Numbered from the stretch's first letter, positions 36,091 through 45,228 are shown. The stretch: 51,643 nucleotides of DNA from a virus (IMGVR_UViG_3300023245_000021:1-51643); one strand, 5' to 3'. Program-made: numbers and translations. The notes: generated by a model from the sequence alone, not told the origin.

Positions 36091-37080
36091 TTAGTCAATA
36101 CCATAGAACGCAGAAACAAGCGCAGCAGGTCGTAAAACCTTAGCACCATATACGTGCAAGCCACGACAGATGTCACCGAAGCTGTCTGGATCACGGATGA
36201 CCTCAGTGCTTGTGATAGTCTGTGCAGTTGCAGTAGAACTAATGTGTCCTGCAACAATCTGTCCTGCCGCACTCGAAGGAGCAGCGATATTGTTTGACTT
36301 ATACATATCAAAGCCACGTAGCTTGCCAGAAGATACCAAACCGTTGCGGATTGATCCCTGACCTGAGTTGAAGTCCACTGACATGAGCTTAGAGCTAGTC
36401 TGAGAAAGCTGCTCGTAGAAGCTAGGTGGAGCTAAGAACCAACGTCCTTCTTCTGGTACGTTCTGCTCGTCAAGTAGACGGGCCATGTGTGCCATAACAT
36501 CTAAAGGATCGTGCTCGTCAGCAGCAAAACCAACGTCCAAGTTACCAGTACCATCAAAAGTTCCGGCGGCTAGGTCAGTAGCACTGTCGCTACCAAGGAT
36601 GTGGTTAGGACTTGAAGCTGAAACGCCTGCAATGATCTTAGCAATTACGCCTGCGTCGAACGCGTCACGTAGAGCATAAGCAGCAGATGAAGATGCAGCT
36701 TCTTTAAAGTTGACATGAGACATTGCTGTTTCAATATCATCAACGATGAACTTAAACGCGTTTGCTACATCAACAATCAAAGTAGTTTCTTGATCCGTCA
36801 ATGCTGTTTTAGTTACATCAGCGCCACGCTCGTACTCATAGACAGTGATTACTGGCTCTTTGATGATCTTTACAGAATCACCGTAGCCTGAAATCTCACC
36901 ACTATAATCAGTGTTGGTGATTGCTTCAGCTACCGAAGCTTTTCGGAAGAAGTTAAGAACCTTCTTAGAAAATACTGAGGGTAGGAAAAAGCTGTTAGTT
37001 TGACCGGCTACTGAGTTACCGAAGTTAGCATCAGTATCTGTACCGGGCTCAAATAGAGCGTTTGATTGGTTATAAGCCAT
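36091..37080 (-). CDS. Major capsid protein
   Basis: 329 aa after scaffold; F.P.VFS, LDEQNVP..GR, R...FGD..RGLHVYG. Confidence 0.9.
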   Translation of the reverse strand: MAYNQSNALFEPGTDTDANFGNSVAGQTNSFFLPSVFSKKVLNFFRKASVAEAITNTDYSGEISGYGDSVKIIKEPVITVYEYERGADVTKTALTDQETTLIVDVANAFKFIVDDIETAMSHVNFKEAASSSAAYALRDAFDAGVIAKIIAGVSASSPNHILGSDSATDLAAGTFDGTGNLDVGFAADEHDPLDVMAHMARLLDEQNVPEEGRWFLAPPSFYEQLSQTSSKLMSVDFNSGQGSIRNGLVSSGKLRGFDMYKSNNIAAPSSAAGQIVAGHISSTATAQTITSTEVIRDPDSFGDICRGLHVYGAKVLRPAALVSAFYGID

Positions 37081-37110
37081 TATGTGTTACTCCTAAAAAG
37101 ACAATAATAT

Positions 37111-37974
37111 TCAATCTACTATTCTGCCTTCCATTACCGCCAAATCAATATCTTTTTCATATCTATCAAATTGGGCTATAGACAGTTTAGAGATCTCCCG
37201 TTGTGACCAAATCTTTGGTTCTTTAGCGTTGATCTGAGTTGTCCGTGTAGACACCATATCAGCGGCTGAAGATTTGGGGGCTTGTGATTTCTTTGTCGTC
37301 TGCTTAGTTCCAATTGAAATACCGTTTTCCATCTTATAAAGGTCGATAGCTTTGATTGCTAGTGCAACATTATTTGGGTTCTCATAGATCCAACTTTGAA
37401 TTGCTTCGGGTTGTTCTTTGGCCCAATCATGAAACTTTTCATCGCCTCGTATATCCTCAAAATCAGGATGACGAGAACGCAATGTAGCTTCAGCCTCTTT
37501 CCGTTGCATGTTTGATTCTCGTTCTTCGAGAACAGACAGCTTGCTTTGTAAGGCTTGCATCTGCTGTTCACTTTGTAAGTGCGCAACAGTCTCTACGGTT
37601 TCATATAAGTCAGGATACTGCTCTCTAAAGCTTTCAAGTTCTTCAGGTGACTTAGTCGGGGCATACGCAGGTTGCGTTTCTTTTGCCATCGCTGTAAGCT
37701 CTAGTTCTCTTTGCTTATGAGTAGCTATCTTCTGATCATAATGCTTCTTTAAATCATCGTATCGTTTTTTATAATTAGTTCTTCCTTTGGGTTCTTCCTC
37801 TGATGCTTCTTCAGGGGCCTGTTTAGGGGTGGCCTGCTTAGAGGGTTCTGCAAAGAAAAGCCCGTCTGCTTTACCTCTACTTGGTGCGTCTGGCGTATGC
37901 CAGTCCTTTCGAGAATTATACATATTAGCTACTGGTTCTTCAATCTGTTCATTTGCATTTGACATATACATCAC
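37111..37974 (-). CDS. Capsid scaffolding protein
   Basis: YKKRYDDLK, HPDF, coiled coil, C-terminal EGRI; precedes MCP. Confidence 0.8.
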   Translation of the reverse strand: MMYMSNANEQIEEPVANMYNSRKDWHTPDAPSRGKADGLFFAEPSKQATPKQAPEEASEEEPKGRTNYKKRYDDLKKHYDQKIATHKQRELELTAMAKETQPAYAPTKSPEELESFREQYPDLYETVETVAHLQSEQQMQALQSKLSVLEERESNMQRKEAEATLRSRHPDFEDIRGDEKFHDWAKEQPEAIQSWIYENPNNVALAIKAIDLYKMENGISIGTKQTTKKSQAPKSSAADMVSTRTTQINAKEPKIWSQREISKLSIAQFDRYEKDIDLAVMEGRIVD

Positions 37975-37982
37975 ACTCCTGT

Positions 37983-38106
37983 TGGGGCTTGCTAGTCTTT
38001 CAAGGTGGCTATACTACTCGCGTTTGTAATATAGGGTCTTGATACTTCAAGGTGGCCTCTAGGTATTAAAAAATGATAAAGGGTTTAGTTAAAACTAAAG
38101 TAGCTC
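37983..38106 (-). promoter_or_regulatory. Structured leader with three GCYAC-hairpin-CCC units upstream of scaffold gene
   Basis: Direct repeat GCCACCTTGAA x2 and stems checked by eye. Confidence 0.6.
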
Positions 38107-38900
38107 TATCGTACACTTGGCATTTGGTTAGATGAGATCATTTGTTTCTTGACCTCTTCTTCGCTGTCATAAACCCCTGAATCTGGGGTGTTTGTCAAGC
38201 CTCCAAAAGCCTTCTTCATTAAACCACCATCATAGGCCATCTCAGCTTCGTCCATCATAGTTTGTAGCTGAGCTGCTCCCATTTGATCGGTAGCCTTTTT
38301 GGTGAAAACAAATTCACCGTCCGATAACCTTGCGGGAATCGAATCTGATACTCCGGTTCCGGGGCCGTCTACAGCTCCTTCGCCTGAGAATTCTCCGGCA
38401 ACATCCATGACTTTATCAAAGATGCTGCTTAAACGCTCGTCTGTTTCTAAGACGCTCATTAAGTATTCTTGTTCTTCTTGGTCGAGTGACTCGCCTAGTA
38501 CATAGCCTGTGTAGTCTTCTTCCATCTCGTCGTCTGAGAGCTGTGAAGCTTCTGCTTCGGCCATCTCGTCTTCGGGGATGTTGTCGTATGTATCTACAGG
38601 AATCTCTTCTTCTTCTAGTGCCATCTCGGGGGCTACAAGCATAGAGCCTTCGGCGTATTTGACTTTTAAAGGGTCTGCTTTACCGCCCTTATTTAACTTC
38701 TGGGCCCTGTCCATACTGTCATCCATAGCCTTTTCAGCCGCCTCTTGCTCTAGTTCTTTTGAAACCTCTTCAGAAACCTCGCCATCTTCTAGAGCCGCAT
38801 TGTCAGCGTCTATTCTTTTCTGCGTCTCGGCGTTCATAGCCTTAATACGCTCCTTGTTCTCCATCATCATTCTATAGCGCTTATCGTCAATGCTTTCCAT
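38106..38900 (-). CDS. Acidic virion-associated protein with GPGTGxSDSIPAxLSDGEFV motif
   Basis: Motif; position between portal and scaffold. Confidence 0.7.
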   Translation of the reverse strand: MESIDDKRYRMMMENKERIKAMNAETQKRIDADNAALEDGEVSEEVSKELEQEAAEKAMDDSMDRAQKLNKGGKADPLKVKYAEGSMLVAPEMALEEEEIPVDTYDNIPEDEMAEAEASQLSDDEMEEDYTGYVLGESLDQEEQEYLMSVLETDERLSSIFDKVMDVAGEFSGEGAVDGPGTGVSDSIPARLSDGEFVFTKKATDQMGAAQLQTMMDEAEMAYDGGLMKKAFGGLTNTPDSGVYDSEEEVKKQMISSNQMPSVR

Positions 38901-38902
38901 AT

Positions 38903-39139
38903 TCAGTTACCTTCTTCTTGTCTTTGTTTGGCTTCGCGTACTTCGTCTTTTAGTTGAAGGAGATTATCCAGAGAACTCACTCTCCCCTGCTTGCGGTACA
39001 GCTCCAGTTCCGATGTTGCCACCACCAGTCCCTGTAGCTCCAAGATCCGGCGATTGTTGAGATGCTCCTTGAGGGCCTCCCATAGCTCCTTGTTGCTCGT
39101 TAGGGGCGACAGGCGCGCCGCCAATGCCTTGTCCAACAT
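38903..39139 (-). CDS. Small conserved protein overlapping portal 3' end
   Basis: ELYRKQG...LLQLK motif. Confidence 0.65.
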   Translation of the reverse strand: MLDKALAARLSPLTSNKELWEALKEHLNNRRILELQGLVVATSELELYRKQGRVSSLDNLLQLKDEVREAKQRQEEGN

Positions 39140-41141
39140 TCTGTGCTCCTATGATTTTAGCCATTAACGCGGCTTCTTCTGGGTCGTTTAAGATTTCATC
39201 GGGATCAAGATCAAGACTATAAGCCAATTCACTAACAATCTTAGAGATCTTAACAAACGGTGCAATTGTAGGGTTCTGTGCAGTCTGAAGGAACATCGTC
39301 AAGCGTTGGCTTCGTACTTCTTTTTGCATTAGGCTATTTGTGCCCATCGCGTTTATCTCTAAGTCGCCTTCTAGGGCTAGCTCGCCTTCGAAGAACTGCA
39401 TGTTCCACTGAAAGTACGAGCGCCCGAGGGGCCTTAAAAGAAAATCATCAATATTCTTGACAACTGTTTTAATATTCAAGGATGCCGCGCCTAATAGCAT
39501 AGACATCCCTGAAGCAGTACGAGTCATAGACTGAACACCTGTCTGGCCGTGTGAATAACTAGGTATTCCTGTCTGCTCGTCTGCAAGTTGGCGGAATTTG
39601 TCGAACATCATCATGTTTTCTTGAGAGGTATTAGGAAATTTAAGCCCATGAATTGCTTGGCCTTGCATTCCTGCTTGCCTTCTAAACACTTTTCCGGGGT
39701 ATATCTCCATTGATTGTCCACCAACCAACGCTGATTCATCAACATCAAAGACTAAAGAGCCGCTGAGTGCTAAGTTATCAATTGCCATACGTGCGTGGCC
39801 ATTCATTATTTGTTGAGAGTCGTCCATATTTTCAGCAACGCCAATACCAAAGAAAGAGTAAGGATTACGCTCGTAAGGAAAGGCATTGTAGGGGAGTCGG
39901 TACGGAGTAAAAGGATTAACAACCCCGCGTAGCAGCTTACCATTACTAATCCACGCATTAACTTGTACTTCATCTAGATCATCTACCTCTTCTGGGAGTT
40001 CCATTCCTGCTTCTCTAGCGTATTGTGCATCCATCACGCCCCAATACTCTAATACTTCAAACAGGCCATCGCCATAGTCTTTGGCAGCATGATCATCTTT
40101 TAATGCAGACTCGTAATCTTTCTCAACATAATTAGATCCCATTCCTAAGCACTCGCGGATCTGGTCTTTGTTGAAGTGCGGGAGTTTAGCTAAACCTCTT
40201 AACTGCGAGCGGTTCATTTTGTGCCGGTGGAAAGTAAACTCGCAGTCATCCATGGTTGTTGCGTTTGGATCAGGAAAGAAATCCCATATAGAAACAAACT
40301 CAATGCGCGGAACGCGGACAACTAGCGGGTTATAAGTTCTTTCGCCCGTCTCTTCGTCTTTTTCCCAACGGCTCAGCGTCTTGTTGTAATTAAAGGGCCC
40401 TTTAACAACCCCTGTGCCAAAGAGCGCTGCTTCAAACAAAGCGTTGCGCAGCTCCGAAGACCCATTAGACTCTTCTATTTGGTCGTGAATGAGCTTTTCC
40501 ATGACGCGGGCCGCATCTTTAGCCGGTGAAACCTGTAGAGCCTGCGGGCTAGGGTTAGGCCCGTCAACGAACTTAGCGTCTGAGTCCTTTATGGCATTCT
40601 CTAAGGCTGTTTCGCCTGCTGAAAAGGTTGCGCCTGCTTTTAAAGCGCGGCCATCTCCTTTATAGCCTACATCAAAAGGGTTGGGCGCTTCTTCTTTTTC
40701 TTCTTCTTTAGGCGCGACAGGTGTGTTTTCTATTCCCGGAGCGCTATCAAGATGCTTATAAGTCGAAACACCCTCGGGGACGTTAGTTTCCTTAACACCT
40801 ATTGGAAACTGGCCAGTGCCAAAAATAACATCTACTAGCTGACCAAAAGCCGCAATGACTTTAGTCTTAGTAACTTTAATAAAGACGCGTGACTTCTCGG
40901 ACTCGCGAAACTTAATACTTTTGCCATACAGTCCGCGGAAGTTATGATAGGCTTGAAGCCATCTAGCTTCGTCGTGCTCGCGAGCTCTTTCAGCTTGAGC
41001 AAAACGCTCTTCGACTAAAGCAACAAACTTGAGCCTTACTGATTCTTCAAGCGTCAGGTCAAGCCCACTTTCGCCTTCTACTGGCGCAAAGTAAATCTCT
41101 CCTGCTGTCCCGAACGGACTAGTTTCTTCACTCATATACAT
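38964..41141 (-). CDS. Portal protein
   Basis: 725 aa after TerL; FGTGVVK, FFPDP, TASGMSML. Confidence 0.9.
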   Translation of the reverse strand: MYMSEETSPFGTAGEIYFAPVEGESGLDLTLEESVRLKFVALVEERFAQAERAREHDEARWLQAYHNFRGLYGKSIKFRESEKSRVFIKVTKTKVIAAFGQLVDVIFGTGQFPIGVKETNVPEGVSTYKHLDSAPGIENTPVAPKEEEKEEAPNPFDVGYKGDGRALKAGATFSAGETALENAIKDSDAKFVDGPNPSPQALQVSPAKDAARVMEKLIHDQIEESNGSSELRNALFEAALFGTGVVKGPFNYNKTLSRWEKDEETGERTYNPLVVRVPRIEFVSIWDFFPDPNATTMDDCEFTFHRHKMNRSQLRGLAKLPHFNKDQIRECLGMGSNYVEKDYESALKDDHAAKDYGDGLFEVLEYWGVMDAQYAREAGMELPEEVDDLDEVQVNAWISNGKLLRGVVNPFTPYRLPYNAFPYERNPYSFFGIGVAENMDDSQQIMNGHARMAIDNLALSGSLVFDVDESALVGGQSMEIYPGKVFRRQAGMQGQAIHGLKFPNTSQENMMMFDKFRQLADEQTGIPSYSHGQTGVQSMTRTASGMSMLLGAASLNIKTVVKNIDDFLLRPLGRSYFQWNMQFFEGELALEGDLEINAMGTNSLMQKEVRSQRLTMFLQTAQNPTIAPFVKISKIVSELAYSLDLDPDEILNDPEEAALMAKIIGAQNVGQGIGGAPVAPNEQQGAMGGPQGASQQSPDLGATGTGGGNIGTGAVPQAGESEFSG

Positions 41142-42814
41142 TAATACCCAAAGGTTGAGTCCACAGGACGATAAAGCCTTTCTCTATGGAGCTGTCTCAT
41201 CTGGCTCATCGTATCGTTTATACGGGGCCTAGACATAATCAGATAACGTAGAGCATCATAAGCATGATCTGGTGCATTGGTATCTACGTCTTCTGGGTTT
41301 TTCTTATCCAGAGGAATACTTTGAAGTTCGCGTATTAGGTTTGGGCACGTATTAAAGATTTGAATCCTTGGCCTACCGCTTGGCATAACTTTTAAGTATT
41401 CGTGGACTTGTATCTTTCCTTGTATTCTGTTCTTGTCTGCTCGCCTGAGCTTGTGTCCGGCCCTTACAAGCGTTTCGCCAATAGTAGGGCCTACGGTACC
41501 TGTCCTACTCCAACACGCTGTATCAAGCACTCCTTGGACGCTAAAGGGGTCTTGGAGTTCCATCTCTGTTATGATAGAAGCAAGATCAGTTCCTAATAGC
41601 CCTTTGCGATATAACTCTCGGTACATGATAAGAGTACCGTCGCTTGGATCTACTGCTCCCCAGACACAAGCACTCTCGGATGCGTAGCCATAATCTATTC
41701 CTTTTATACGTTCCCAATGAAGCGGGATCTGAAAAGGCGGTATAACGTGTAGCTTTGGATCAAGCTCGGTAAAGGCTGCACCCTCTGCAACATCCCAGTT
41801 CCCTTCAAGTAGCTGTTGGCGCTGAGTAGGCGGCAAAGCCTTTAGCATCTTCTCATAATTGCCATCATTGGCTAAGTACGGGTTGTCCTGAAGACGCGCC
41901 GGTATAAACTTCCGTGTTAAGCCCTCGGAATATTCAAAGGCTGTGTAAGGTGGAGACGGATCAATGTATCGTTTCTTAACCCATGTAGCTCCGACTCCGC
42001 CGGGGTTTGCTGTACAACGCATGTAGCATAAAATCTCTGGGTCTGTAGTTCGTAAGCGCGAGGCTAAATAGTTCCAAGCAAATTCTGTTGGCAACTGAGT
42101 AATCTCATCAAACCCTATCCAACTATACGACTGGCCCTGATAGCGATAAACATCTGCATCTCGCTCCAAGAAACCAAACTCGATCTTTGCGCCGCTTGGA
42201 AAGTTCCAAAGCTTTTCGACCTCTTTATATCTACAGCCGGGAAATGCTTTTGGATACAGCTCTCGGCTCTTGTCGATCAATTCTCGCAGTTCTGGCATCG
42301 AGCGTCTTAAAATTAACCCTCTATGTGCTGCGCGATGCGCATAGCGAAGCGGGTCTGCTAGCATGGCGTATGACTTACCACCTCCTGCTGCACCGCCATA
42401 AAGAACATCTATTTCGCTAGCAGCTAAGAAGTCCTCCTGCGGGCCTTCGTTGGCTTTAAAGATTACATCTGCTTCAGCCGCTAAAGAGTTTGGAAGCTCT
42501 TTTAGTTCCGAAGCTTCTAAGACATTAGAGCTTGAGGTGCCCTCCAGTTTCTTCAATGTCTTGTTGGTTGTCTGTATTGATCTTTTGTAGTTCTCGGCTT
42601 TGGCCTGTGCTGCCTTTAGTTTCTTTACTTTTTCTCTGACGGCTTTGCGGGCGTCCATCGTTGCTTTAGTCTTTGAATGAAAGGTATAACCTCGGCTCTT
42701 TGAGCCCTTGGCTCTTCCTGACTTCTTGCGCGGAGTCCCGTCAACCTTAAGGACGAAATGGCCTTCTTCGTCTTTGAGATAAGCATCAGGATTAATGTCC
42801 CAATCATTTTGCAT
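41141..42814 (-). CDS. terL: Terminase large subunit
   Basis: YGGAAGGGKS, IGFDE, TANPGG, IDYG, DHAYDALRY. Confidence 0.95.
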   Translation of the reverse strand: MQNDWDINPDAYLKDEEGHFVLKVDGTPRKKSGRAKGSKSRGYTFHSKTKATMDARKAVREKVKKLKAAQAKAENYKRSIQTTNKTLKKLEGTSSSNVLEASELKELPNSLAAEADVIFKANEGPQEDFLAASEIDVLYGGAAGGGKSYAMLADPLRYAHRAAHRGLILRRSMPELRELIDKSRELYPKAFPGCRYKEVEKLWNFPSGAKIEFGFLERDADVYRYQGQSYSWIGFDEITQLPTEFAWNYLASRLRTTDPEILCYMRCTANPGGVGATWVKKRYIDPSPPYTAFEYSEGLTRKFIPARLQDNPYLANDGNYEKMLKALPPTQRQQLLEGNWDVAEGAAFTELDPKLHVIPPFQIPLHWERIKGIDYGYASESACVWGAVDPSDGTLIMYRELYRKGLLGTDLASIITEMELQDPFSVQGVLDTACWSRTGTVGPTIGETLVRAGHKLRRADKNRIQGKIQVHEYLKVMPSGRPRIQIFNTCPNLIRELQSIPLDKKNPEDVDTNAPDHAYDALRYLIMSRPRINDTMSQMRQLHRERLYRPVDSTFGY

Positions 42815-43031
42815 ATTTAGCGGCTATCTTCTTTAAGCCGGCATGAGACAACTTCCGCCCGGTAATGCTCTCAAGATACAAGCTGCCTTCGCGAAGACTA
42901 ATAGTACGATCATGTATCATAGGTATAATGGTATTAAGGGCCTCAAGCTGAGCGGCTACTGGGTCTAGAAGGGCTGAGTTAGATTCGTTCAGCTCATAGC
43001 CATAAGGAATCGTACTACTAGCTCTCCTCAT
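42804..43031 (-). CDS. Small HTH protein (recombinase-DNA-binding-domain-like)
   Basis: IPYGY...SLRE...L...TGR..S..GL. Confidence 0.6.
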   Translation of the reverse strand: MRRASSTIPYGYELNESNSALLDPVAAQLEALNTIIPMIHDRTISLREGSLYLESITGRKLSHAGLKKIAAKYAK

Positions 43032-43416
43032 AAATGCCCTCGATGATTGTTTGTTGCTTGGCAGGCAATATAAATAAACCTCCCTGTGTATTCACGGTCA
43101 CATCAAGCCTGTCTGTTTTGCCTAAGCCCACTCGATCTAAGATTGTTTGGGCTGCTTGGATTCGCATGTTTGCTTGGGGTATTGGCTCGGCACTATCCAT
43201 GATAGCCACTAGCTTTAGAGCAGCTTTTGGCGCGCTCTGTGCTAAGATATTAGTAGCTAGATCAAGTATCTCAGTCTTTAAAGTCTTAACAGCCCCATAA
43301 ACACTAGTAGGAGAATAACCTGCCATTTCACCGGCTATACCCACATCACCATTACAGGCGACAAGGCTATCCAAGAAGGTTTGCTGCATAGTAGTTAATT
43401 CTTTATTGTTTGTCAT
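43018..43416 (-). CDS. terS: Terminase small subunit (putative)
   Basis: LT..Q..F, A...AGYS HTH, AA..ILDR.G; upstream of TerL. Confidence 0.75.
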   Translation of the reverse strand: MTNNKELTTMQQTFLDSLVACNGDVGIAGEMAGYSPTSVYGAVKTLKTEILDLATNILAQSAPKAALKLVAIMDSAEPIPQANMRIQAAQTILDRVGLGKTDRLDVTVNTQGGLFILPAKQQTIIEGIYEES

Positions 43417-43423
43417 AGGCTAT

Positions 43424-43452
43424 ATTATACTACTTGATTTGGGTTTTGTCAA
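43424..43452 (-). promoter_or_regulatory. Consensus sigma70 promoter for late operon
   Basis: TTGACA-17-TATAAT on - strand, ending 7 nt before terS ATG. Confidence 0.85.
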
Positions 43453-43501
43453 GTCTTTTTTTAGTTATTTTAGTTTATTTGCTAAATAGTTACGAAATAG
43501 C

Positions 43502-43530
43502 TTGACAAAACCTGAATCAAGTAGTATAAT
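43502..43530 (+). promoter_or_regulatory. Consensus sigma70 promoter, rightward
   Basis: TTGACA-17-TATAAT; inverted copy of the leftward promoter. Confidence 0.85.
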
Positions 43531-43533
43531 ATA

Positions 43534-44221
43534 CTTTAAGACCGGGGCGGTTGCATAGTAAATATATCCATGCACCTGATTAAAAGAAAAGAAAGAAAAT
43601 AGTTAAAAGACTGTATAGTCTATAATGTCTATAATGCCCCTCCTCAGCTATAAGCTTCTATAAGCTTCTATAAGCTTCTATAAGCTTCTATAAGCTTCTA
43701 TAAGCCTATAAAACCCCGGATCTATCCTCAAGTCTTTAGAGTCCTTTAAAGCTCTATAGCCCCGCCGCTATCTGGTACACAAGCTAAACCCCTTCAAAAT
43801 GTATAACCTTTAGTATATATAGGGGGGAGGGGCCATGGCGACCTGCCCGCCCTCTAAAGTCTCTACAGCTATCAAGACTTGTCAAGATTCAACTCAATTT
43901 CTATAGCTTCAAAGTCTCTTTAGCCTTTAAAGAGTGCGGCGGGGTGATAGAGTTTGACAAGTTTACAGACTGTAGGGACTTTGGAGTCTGTGAAGTTTAA
44001 TAGCTATAGAGCTCTACAGTCTCAATAGTTTCATAACCTTATAGCTTTAACCCCCATTCCTTTATTCTTTTGTTATAGATCTTTATAGATCTGTATAGCT
44101 ATATAGTATCTATAGACTAGCAGTGTCGTTTATAGATAAATAAGCGACGGTATTAAGTAAGCAAGCATTAGTTATAGGTCTATTATGTACCTACATTCAT
44201 TTTATATATAGGTACATACAT
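43534..44221. other. Non-coding block, probable genome-end/packaging region
   Basis: No ORFs; many CTATAG/CTTTAAAG-type short repeats; G-run near 43822; strand switch between late and early genes. Confidence 0.6.
43648..43707. repeat. 10-bp tandem repeat (CTATAAGCTT)x5 plus one variant
   Basis: Read directly. Confidence 0.95.
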
Positions 44222-44410
44222 ATGTTCATACTTCAATCAAATACAGAGTCTTTTGAGTTATCTTGTTCTATTCAAGCTTGTCAGGCTTATAGAGCATTAA
44301 AGCAAGATGATCCACAGGGATCGTATACATTAAAGAGAGGCGACGATATCCTAATGTCTCATAACTCTGAAGATAAGAGCATTTATTTTAACTGTAATAG
44401 CAATGCATAG
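44222..44410 (+). CDS. First early hypothetical protein
   Basis: ORF with AGGT upstream. Confidence 0.55.
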   Translation: MFILQSNTESFELSCSIQACQAYRALKQDDPQGSYTLKRGDDILMSHNSEDKSIYFNCNSNA

Positions 44411-44458
44411 TAGCTTTATATAGTCACTTAGCAATAGGTGGCTACATTAAACCAACTA
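44408..44458 (+). promoter_or_regulatory. RNase III-like hairpin 1
   Basis: TAGTCACTTA-GCAA-TAGGTGGCTA upper stem plus lower stem. Confidence 0.6.
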
Positions 44459-44474
44459 ACGGAGTAATAGCACC

Positions 44475-44891
44475 ATGAAAAATAAAACATACGATATATA
44501 CATATCAAGCGATAGACCTGCGTTAAACGCTCTTAAGACTAAACAACGACGCATAGCATTAGTAGACGCTTTACAAGATCTAGGCCACCACCCACAAGTA
44601 ATAGAGGGCCAATATAATGGCGTGAGTGAACAGTCTTATAGACTAAAGGGCGTTTCTTTAGGCTCAACCGCTAATCAGATTATAAAGATCGCCGCGGCAT
44701 TGGACCAAGAGTCTATTTTGTTGGTTGAGACTTTAAAGCATACTAAACTAGCTAGTCTATATTATCTTAGCGGTGCGTATGCGAAGACTTTAGAAGCTAT
44801 CGGTTATTTTAAAGAGGAGCGCGAAAAACCTAGTGATGGACGCGATTATTCGTTTAATATAAAGAATAAAACTTATAGTTATGTAGTTTAA
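44475..44891 (+). CDS. Putative S-adenosylmethionine lyase (T3 SAMase-like)
   Basis: ISSDR, GQY..EQS, IA...DQESILLV, ASLYY and GYFKE line up by eye with T3 SAMase motifs; very early position. Confidence 0.7.
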   Translation: MKNKTYDIYISSDRPALNALKTKQRRIALVDALQDLGHHPQVIEGQYNGVSEQSYRLKGVSLGSTANQIIKIAAALDQESILLVETLKHTKLASLYYLSGAYAKTLEAIGYFKEEREKPSDGRDYSFNIKNKTYSYVV

Positions 44892-44914
44892 TGAACCACT
44901 AGAGGAATATAGAT

Positions 44915-45055
44915 ATGAAAGAATCAACATTCATAACACTATGCAACGCACAATATATAGAGCCACAAATAGCATTAGAAAATAATGATCTATGCGATGC
45001 ACTACGAGACAATGACGACGTTGAAGTACAGCGCATATTGATAGAGGAATTTTAA
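44915..45055 (+). CDS. 46-aa acidic protein (not in track)
   Basis: MKESTFITLC...IEPQIALEN...LIEEF; GAGGA SD. Confidence 0.7.
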   Translation: MKESTFITLCNAQYIEPQIALENNDLCDALRDNDDVEVQRILIEEF

Positions 45056-45056
45056 A

Positions 45057-45108
45057 TAGTTTGTTTACCTATGGCCGTTAGAGGTGGCGGTCATTAGTAA
45101 ATTAATTA
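45057..45108 (+). promoter_or_regulatory. RNase III-like hairpin 2
   Basis: ATGGCCGTTA-GAGG-TGGCGGTCAT plus lower stem. Confidence 0.6.
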
Positions 45109-45129
45109 AAAGTAAAGGAGTAATGCAAC

Positions 45130-45228
45130 ATGGATATTCTAACCGACGGCCTATTACTATGCACCATAGCTAACGTGATAGCGTGGTGCTACATAATCAA
45201 ACAGGAGCGAGCAAGATGCAAACATTAA
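45130..45228 (+). CDS. 32-aa membrane peptide (not in track)
   Basis: AAGGAG SD; hydrophobic. Confidence 0.45.
   Translation: MDILTDGLLLCTIANVIAWCYIIKQERARCKH

Noticed and set aside
36081-36317. T7 10B-style frameshift extension of the capsid protein
   Set aside because: The alternative frame ends only 10 nt beyond the MCP stop and no slippery site was recognised
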